Below are positions 55,196 to 64,000 of a stretch of 64,000 nucleotides of DNA, piece after piece (position 1 is the first letter of the stretch; each line of letters begins with the position of its first letter). Source of the stretch: Eledone cirrhosa (taxonomy: Eukaryota); the NCBI GenBank assembly GCA_964016885.1, contig OZ024751.1, forward strand, positions 15,996,001 to 16,060,000, in the 5' to 3' direction. A program made the translations under genes and the position numbers. A model generated the notes under the pieces. It was given only the letters and a program-made list of their open reading frames with translations. It was not told the DNA's origin and did no database searches.

Positions 55196-56016
55196 CTATG
55201 CGTACCAGCCTCCTTCCCCCATGCCACCAGTTTTGTCCAAGAGAAAGGCAATGGCCGATAGAGCTTGACACCAGTGACGCCGTTAAGTAAACGGTAGAAA
55301 CGCAAAATAAAGTTATATATATATATATATATCAGATCTGTCAACTCTCCCGGTACGATGGGGAGATCTCCCACCCACTAGTATACATATACAGAAATTC
55401 GTTTTCAAAAACTGGAAAAGTGTAGATGAAAATGTTATATCAGCTCAAAATAAATTAGAAATAAGTGTTTAGTAGCATATCTTAATATATATATATACAC
55501 ACATATATATATATATTCCTCCGCTGTGACCCGTCTGTTTCTTTCTTACTGCTTCCCCTTTCTCTCTATCTCTCACTTTCTTGTTACCCCCCTCTGCCAG
55601 TCACGCTCTCAGTTAGCCTCTTCCTCACACTTTTACTCACTCACTCTCTGCTACTCCCTCTCCCTCACTTCCTCCCATTGACCTGTGTGAAATCCTTTTC
55701 TCGCTCACATTTCACCCAGGTTGGATGGTCTTTATCTCTCGTCTACCATTTCACAGAACTTAAGTTCATCGATTTCAGGGACTTGACTCCTTCTTCCTCA
55801 CTTTTCGTTGCATTACCATCTTTATTTGTTTACATGTCTCGCTCGTTTCACCCTATTTTACGTGTCCCAACAACTTTCTTTAGCCGTTCATCGTACCAAC
55901 CAGAGGTATATGATATTTCAAGCGATGAAATACCAATGAAGGCTGGAAGATCACCGATGAAGGACTAATTTTATTCCTATGTAACCCATTTGCAACCACG
56001 CAGCACGCCATTTTTT

Positions 56017-56068
<52 letters not shown>

Positions 56069-56499
56069 AGGTGAACAACTGGAGATAATACTTTAAATAA
56101 TTTTATTAATTTTATTAATTTCTAGGTTAGTTTCAAACAAAATATAATCGCCAGATGAAAATAATTATTTTCAGATCAATTAATTAATCAATGAAATCGA
56201 TAAACAATTGCAATCACATATCACAAAATCAATAGGACATTCAGGAAATCAATATTAATTTAGAGGAATACATGTCCGAAAGATACCATGCAATGATCAA
56301 AAAGTTATAGATATTAAAAAAGTCATGTTTTTTAAAAACAGATTTGCAAGACAGATCCATTAGTTGGGCAACGGAAAGCGCAGGTATTAAGCATCATGCA
56401 AGTTGATTAAAACAATAAACATATCTAATGTTAAACATACGTCCTCAAGCTGCACTTTAGTTTATCTATACAAGCACATGTATATTTTTTACTTAATAA

Positions 56500-56680
56500 A
56501 TGCTCTCGTTTTCGAACATGGAACCCTTTTTGGTTCAGAAACTTTTTTGGGAACCCCAAAGTCTAAAACCCGTTCATTGGTCATAATATATATATATACT
56601 CTTCTACCTTTTTTCAGGGAAGCCAAGAGACTCCTTTTGCGCAACTCTTCGGTTTCGCGGAACCCTCTTCGGAACCCCTG
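56500..56680. mobile_element. hAT-type MITE remnant
   Basis: Multiple GGAACCC subterminal motifs; ends cggaacccctg. Confidence 0.5.
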
Positions 56681-57075
56681 TTGTAGGGTATTCATTTTTT
56701 TAATAACTTATAACGATATTTTCAGAACATAATACTTAACGGCAGTATTAGATATAAATCACCGTTTCAAAACGGTGTAATGTTAAAAAATAGTAGTATA
56801 CAGAAGTACTCAGTGTATAATTATAAATGAAATGTATATATATATGTGTGTGTGTGTGTGAGACCCGTAGTCACAGATGTTTCAGCGCATTATAGACAAT
56901 AGATCTATCGGTAGCGAGCCCAAAACTTATTATCAACAAGTTATGTGTAAATATATATATATATATATGTTTATATATATTATGTATAGAAATGACTTCT
57001 ACAAGACTAGATTTGATTCATTCGTATGAAATCATCATACGAAAGAATTGCTAGGTCATTTTTATATATTATGTA

Positions 57076-57133
<58 letters not shown>

Positions 57134-57159
57134 CATATATATGTGTGTGCATATATATG

Positions 57160-57243
<84 letters not shown>

Positions 57244-57295
57244 TGTATTATCTTACATATTTGCATATGATACGTGTATATATATATATATATAT

Positions 57296-57560
57296 TAGAA
57301 ATGTTAGCTATCGCGTATTTTGACTAAAGAAATTAAAGAAATTATTTACCCTGATAGTGGGGCTAAGAACCCTCGGAGAAATGGAAAAAGATTAGTATTG
57401 ACTCCCATGTACGTCAATACTCATCTTTTTCCATTTCTCCGAGGGTTCTTAACCCCACTATCAGGCTAAATAATTTCTTTAATTTCTTTAGTCAAAATAC
57501 GGCGATAGCTAACATTTCTAATAATTCCAAATCCACTCGCTGTTTCGAAAATATTCTTAC
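57296..57560. repeat. Fold-back island in (TA)n (family also at 62683-62865)
   Basis: 57296-57403 is the reverse complement of 57413-57521. Confidence 0.85.
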
Positions 57561-57900
57561 TTGATATATATATATACTTGCATACATATATTTCTATATG
57601 TATATGCAATAAGATAATATACATTTCTAGGTATATATATTTGTATATTAAAACATAAAACGAAGGCACCAAACAACTTGGTGCCGAGGCAGGAAGAATG
57701 CAAGTACTCTTGTTCTAGTTAAACAGGTCGAAATAAGGTCGGCGTTTTGCATGATTATCAACTAATTAATCAATGAAATCGATAAACAATTGCAATCACA
57801 TATCACAAAATCAATAGGAAATTCAGGAAATCAATATTAAATTAGAGGAATACATGTCCGAAAGATACCATGCAATGATCAAAACGTTATAGATATAGAT

Positions 57901-57944
<44 letters not shown>

Positions 57945-58053
57945 ATAATACACACACACACGTACACACATATATATATATATAGTAAAATGGTCAAAGC
58001 CCTCTACGGCAGAGCTCAAACCGTTAGAACGGCTATTTCTGGATAGTCTGCAC

Positions 58054-58093
<40 letters not shown>

Positions 58094-58107
58094 TACACAC
58101 ACACACG

Positions 58108-58203
<96 letters not shown>

Positions 58204-58743
58204 TGTGTGTGTGTATAAGTGTGTGTCTATGAGTGTTTATATTTACTGTTTTTTTATAGCCCGTTATCTAGTGTTTCGACAAAAAGGGGAAAAGCGACTG
58301 ATGAAATACGTATCAGACTTGAAACATAAGACTAGGATCGTCTAAATATGTTTGTCTAAAACACCTACAAGACGTTCACCCCAACATGGCCGGAGCCTAA
58401 GGGATGAAATCATAAAAGAACGAAAGACTAGATGTGTAAACAAACGGAATAATAACAGCCTATACGATATCAGATATCACTAGAATTGCAATGCATTGCA
58501 ATAGACAAAACCGTCTAGCAAGAGTTTTATCTAACAAGATAATTATTCAAAAAGTTCTACAAGACTTCAATGTTAGATAGTGAGATGTCATTTTAGTTAT
58601 GAAAGAAATGGCATTGCAAACATAATTAAACTGGATTATCTGGCGAGCTTTATAGAGAAAAATAGAGAATATGCAAAGGAAGCACATATTTAATAAGGCG
58701 GAAGAGACCGGAAGTTGTACACATACTCACACACGCATATATA

Positions 58744-59064
<321 letters not shown>

Positions 59065-59067
59065 TAC

Positions 59068-59202
<135 letters not shown>

Positions 59203-59235
59203 CATATATACATACATATATATATATATACATAC

Positions 59236-59267
<32 letters not shown>

Positions 59268-59440
59268 GCATATATATATATATATACATATATATATAGT
59301 AATAATAATGAATTTGAAGACTAAAATCCAAAAGCAGCGATTCTTTGCTTAAACTTTAATCTGTTATTTTAATAAATATATATATGGGAGAGGAAATGGT
59401 GTATATATATTATCAAATAATTATATGGACATACTTTATA

Positions 59441-59560
<120 letters not shown>

Positions 59561-59602
59561 GTATATATATATGTATGTATATATATGTATATATATATAT
59601 AA

Positions 59603-59962
59603 ATATGGTTTTATAAAGATAGTTCGAAGTTGCGTCACTCGCTGTGATCGGCCTTTCGCAGCTCTCTGCATCCGTGCTCGAGAGTCGTGGTAGGCCGTCG
59701 AGGTACGAGCTGAAGTCCATCATCTCGCACGACGTACCGCTTTGCCCAAACAGTTGTGCAAAGTGCTGCTGGAAGGCCGTGCATATCTGCTTGGATTCAC
59801 GTAGAATGCGACCATCTTTGTCTTGCAAAGACCAAATTGTGGATTTGTTGCCACTTTTCGCCTCTGCCACTCGAGCCCAGCTAACAGCTTTGGCTCCCTC
59901 GTTTCTTAGAGCACGTGTTCTACTTCTGACAATACAACCTTCGTGTTTCACGTTAAAGAACT
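59603..59962 (-). mobile_element. Inverted copy of the 3' 360 bp of the Tx1 fragment at 47575-47937
   Basis: Near-identical [15 protein letters not shown]...[17 protein letters not shown]; same 3' breakpoint. Confidence 0.92.
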
Positions 59963-60395
59963 GTGTGTGTGTGTGTGTGTGCGTGTGTGTAGGTGGGGGG
60001 TTGTTTACACAGCCAACGAATATATAATTCGCATGCAGCATCCGTTGTGAAATATTGTGCTAATAATTAAAAGAAGATTAACGAAAATATATTTCACGAA
60101 TAATTAATTAAACGTAATCTTATTAATTAGAAATATAAATGGACGTCATAATTAAATATCAAGTCTTTAATTAAATTGAATTTTATGCATATTTAGCTTC
60201 TAAAAATGATAGAAATATGTATGCACTGAACTCTATATGTTCTGAATCTGGACACAATGGAAGCTATGCATGCATGTTTTCTTTCAAAGTAAAGTGAACA
60301 CAAGCTCAGTGTTGATCGTTAAAAGTATATATTAATAAGTATATATTGTAAGAAAACATATTGGATTTACTGTACACTCATACACACACGTACAT

Positions 60396-60472
<77 letters not shown>

Positions 60473-60566
60473 GATATTTATATGTTTATATATATTCATA
60501 TTTATGTATAGATATATATACATACGTACACATACATACTAACATACATATATACATGTATATATA

Positions 60567-60633
<67 letters not shown>

Positions 60634-60687
60634 TGTGTGTATATATAAATATAAATAAATAAATATATATATATATATATATACATA

Positions 60688-60753
<66 letters not shown>

Positions 60754-60835
60754 CATATGAATATATAGAAATATATGCCAATATATATATATATATATAC
60801 ATACACATATACACTTATATGTACATATTTATACA

Positions 60836-60919
<84 letters not shown>

Positions 60920-62431
60920 TATGTGTGTGTGAGTGTGTGTGTATATATGTTGGTGTGTCGGTGAATGTGTGTTAAAGGGTATTATACTGGCTATCATGGA
61001 TAAGCTATGTTCTTAACATATCATTTTCTCTTGGCGTAATAAAACAAATTTAGTGTAATACTTAATCTTTACATATTTACGGAATTTATCTTTAAATGTG
61101 AATTCTTAATACATTTTTGATCTCTTTTAAATTTTAGTTTAATACCCAATCCATAATTTTTTATGGAACTTATCTATAACTGTGAATTTTTAATGAGTTT
61201 TTGATCTCTTATTTATAGTATAATATAATATAGTATATGCATATATTTCTTTTAAATATATTTACTGCATTTTAAAATCTAAAATTTAAGACAGATTCAA
61301 ACTTATATATAAATGTGAATTTTTGCTGCGCTTTTGATCTCTCATTTATAATATAATGTATTATAATATGTATGTAGTTATATATTATATTTTATATATT
61401 TTTAAATATTTTAAAATATACCTACCACATATATATGATTCAAATATAGAGAAAATATCCAAACTAAAAATTATTATAGACATTATTTTGAACTCTGAAT
61501 TATCCATGCACTCATTATTGTTTTTCTTATATATATATATGTATTTAAATGTAACACGTTGAACTCTACTTTATAAAATTATAACTGTTATCATTTACCT
61601 AAAGTATACTAAACTACTAATACTTAATATATATCTATATATATATACCTCCATATATCTAATAATATGTTGATATCTTGGTTGAAGAATAATTAGTACA
61701 TTTACACCCAGTTATACAGAGGTGTATATTTATCCTTAACATGCCTCAATCTGTTATCTTATTTTATTTTTATCTTCGTCGTTATTATTTACCTTAAACA
61801 TACTGGCTCATTAATATATACCTATATACATAATAGTTATTTAAATATTTATAACAATAAGTACTTCAATTCTTTACATACCTAATATGTTGGTATCTTT
61901 GTTAAAGTTTAAATTTAGGTAAATAATCAACAGTATAATATTTCATTCTTTATGTGCCAGCCAAATTCTTTAAATGTTACCCTCATAAAATTCAGAAGCT
62001 TAGAAATGATAACACACTTATCGAATTTATAAAAATAATATATAAATAACCAGCAAATAATCCTGAAATATTATAAATTAAATATTTTCAAATTTAACCG
62101 TTTAACTTTCGGAAAAAATCTCCTTCTGCATATATCACCCCCACCCACCCTTTATCTTTCCCTCTTTATAAATCCTTTTCCAGTGGCTATCACTGGCTGT
62201 TATGATTCATGAGACGTTTTCCTAGATATATCGTAGTATCATACATTTTAAAACTTTTAGAACAGTTACAGTAAGCAACGTTTTTCTTACTCACACATTC
62301 TCTAATGAATTTATTACGTTTTCGCATTTTCTCATAATTAGGCTATATATGTAAAATCTTCTCTTGAGTTAATCACTACCTTGATTAAATCTTAACCATT
62401 TAACATCTCAGGGTATGTCATGCATCATTAT

Positions 62432-62484
62432 ATTTTGTCTGATGAGGACGTACTGTTGTACATCCGAAATATGTATAATAAAAT
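62432..62484 (+). ncRNA. Minimal type I hammerhead ribozyme, intact core
   Basis: ATTTTGT-CTGATGA-GGACGTAC(TGTT)GTACATCC-GAAA-T(ATGT)A-TA-ATAAAAT; within element 62374-62632, which ends at (TA)n. Confidence 0.8.
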
Positions 62485-62625
62485 GTAATTGATCAAAAGA
62501 ACATCTATTTTATTAATATTTATATTTTAATATTAATAACTCCGGAAAATTATTTTTTCCGTAGAGTGCTTCCAATCTACTGTAAAACTAATTCTTTGAC
62601 ATAATCATTGAATATCGTTTAACAC

Positions 62626-62684
<59 letters not shown>

Positions 62685-63331
62685 TAAGAATATTTTCGAA
62701 ACAGCGAGTTGATTTGAAATTATTAGAAATGTAAGCTTTCGCCGTATTTTGACTAAAGAAATTAAAGAAATTATTTCGCCTGATAGTGGGGTTAAGAACC
62801 CTCGGAGAAATGGAAAAAGATGAGTATTGACCTACGTCAATACTCATCTTTTTCCATTTCTCCAAAATAATTATATTTCTAATAATATATATAAACTCGA
62901 TTGTGACTAATTGTTGGTGAGAAATAATTTGCATAATTAAAAATAAAAGATTTAGGACGATTTAATGAAATAGACCAATAGTATGGATTAGGACAATTTA
63001 ATGAAGCGGAGACGTTACTCAACGACGTAAGCAACAACAAAAAGATAAACAAACAAACAAAAACCCATAGAAAAAAATCCTAATTTAAACATCCCTCTTA
63101 CTCTTCATCGTCACCGTCGTCATTGCTACCTATCCTCCTTCTCCTTCTCCTCCTCCTCCTCATCCTCCTCCTCACCCTCCTCTCCCCACCCTTTACTCTT
63201 TACATTCGGCCTATTTCTATTTCTATTTCTAGATCTTTATATTTGAATAGTTTCTACATTTCTTTGATAGATATATTGTCATCTGTGGGGATTGATACAC
63301 CAATTACATTCTTTCTGAGATTATCATTAAT

Positions 63332-63722
63332 AATTGTTTCTACTTTTGACACAAGGCCAGCAATTACCTGGTGTATTACTGGTACTTTATTTTATCGACC
63401 CCGTATAGATGAAAGGCAAAGTTAACCTCGGCGTGATTTGAACTCAGAATGGCAAGGGCCGTAACTCTATGCGTCAAAGCATGGCGTTCGACCCTCTAGC
63501 GATACTGCCAATCCACATTAATAATATCATTATTATTGGTTGATTGGCAATATCGGCAGAGAGTCGGACGCCATGCTTTGCAGCAGAGTTATGTCCTTTT
63601 ACGGACTGAGTTCAAATCCCGCCGAGGTTAACTTTGCCTTTTATCCTTACAGGCGATAAAATAAAGTACCAGTAATGTACTGGGTAATTACTGGCCTTGT
63701 GCCAAAACTAGAAACAATTATT
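63332..63722. mobile_element. Head-to-head pair of Meta-type SINEs
   Basis: 63332-63517 minus and 63538-63722 plus, about 20 bp apart. Confidence 0.88.
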
Positions 63723-63750
63723 ATTAGTCTCCTTCTTCTTCTTCTTCTTC

Positions 63751-64000
63751 TTGAGCGAGGTGAAGAGCAGGCTGGCTTCTCTCACCCAGAAATGGGCCGA
63801 GAGGAGGCTGTCTCTGAAAGGTCGGACGGAGGTAGCGAATGCGTACATCGCGTCCGTCATCTGCTACCGCCTAACCGTCATACCTTGCTCCCGCCCAACT
63901 CTGACCAAAATGGAGCGCATTCTCTTCCGCCTTTTGTGGAAGGGACGCGCTCCCATGGTCAGACGATCCATCTGCTGTCAACCCCCGTTGCGTGGAGGAC
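63751..64000 (+). mobile_element. Tx1/L1-clade LINE ORF2, post-RT region, 5'-truncated, continues past window
   Basis: Open frame LSEVKSRLASLTQKWAERRLSLKGRTEVANAYIASVICYRLTVIP..MERILFRLLWKGRAPMVRRSICCQPPLRGG, starting after (CTT)n. Confidence 0.85.

Overview
This is an AT-rich, microsatellite-saturated, repeat-derived animal genomic region, intronic or intergenic. The SINE families and (TA)n density suggest a cephalopod, probably Octopus; this is inferred from recalled repeat sequences, not a database search. No intact host gene is supported, and most listed ORFs are stop-free microsatellite artefacts. Retroelement content: Penelope-like element (PLE) fragments with GIY-YIG ORFs (1-611, 29304-29765); RTE, R4/Dong, CRE-like and Tx1/L1 LINE remnants; and many tRNA-derived SINEs (Meta-type and CORE-type), some in head-to-tail arrays. 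DNA transposon content: hAT, mariner and piggyBac-type MITEs, an Hsmar2-like mariner and a short Helitron. The strongest unexplained signal is a set of short islands embedded in (TA)n. They carry minimal type I hammerhead ribozyme motifs (about a dozen copies from at least seven apparently unrelated families). They occur as fold-back palindromes or as head-to-tail multimers with conserved junctions, consistent with a PLE-driven, retrozyme-like, (TA)n-targeted system. Folds were worked out by eye and coordinates may be off by a few bases.
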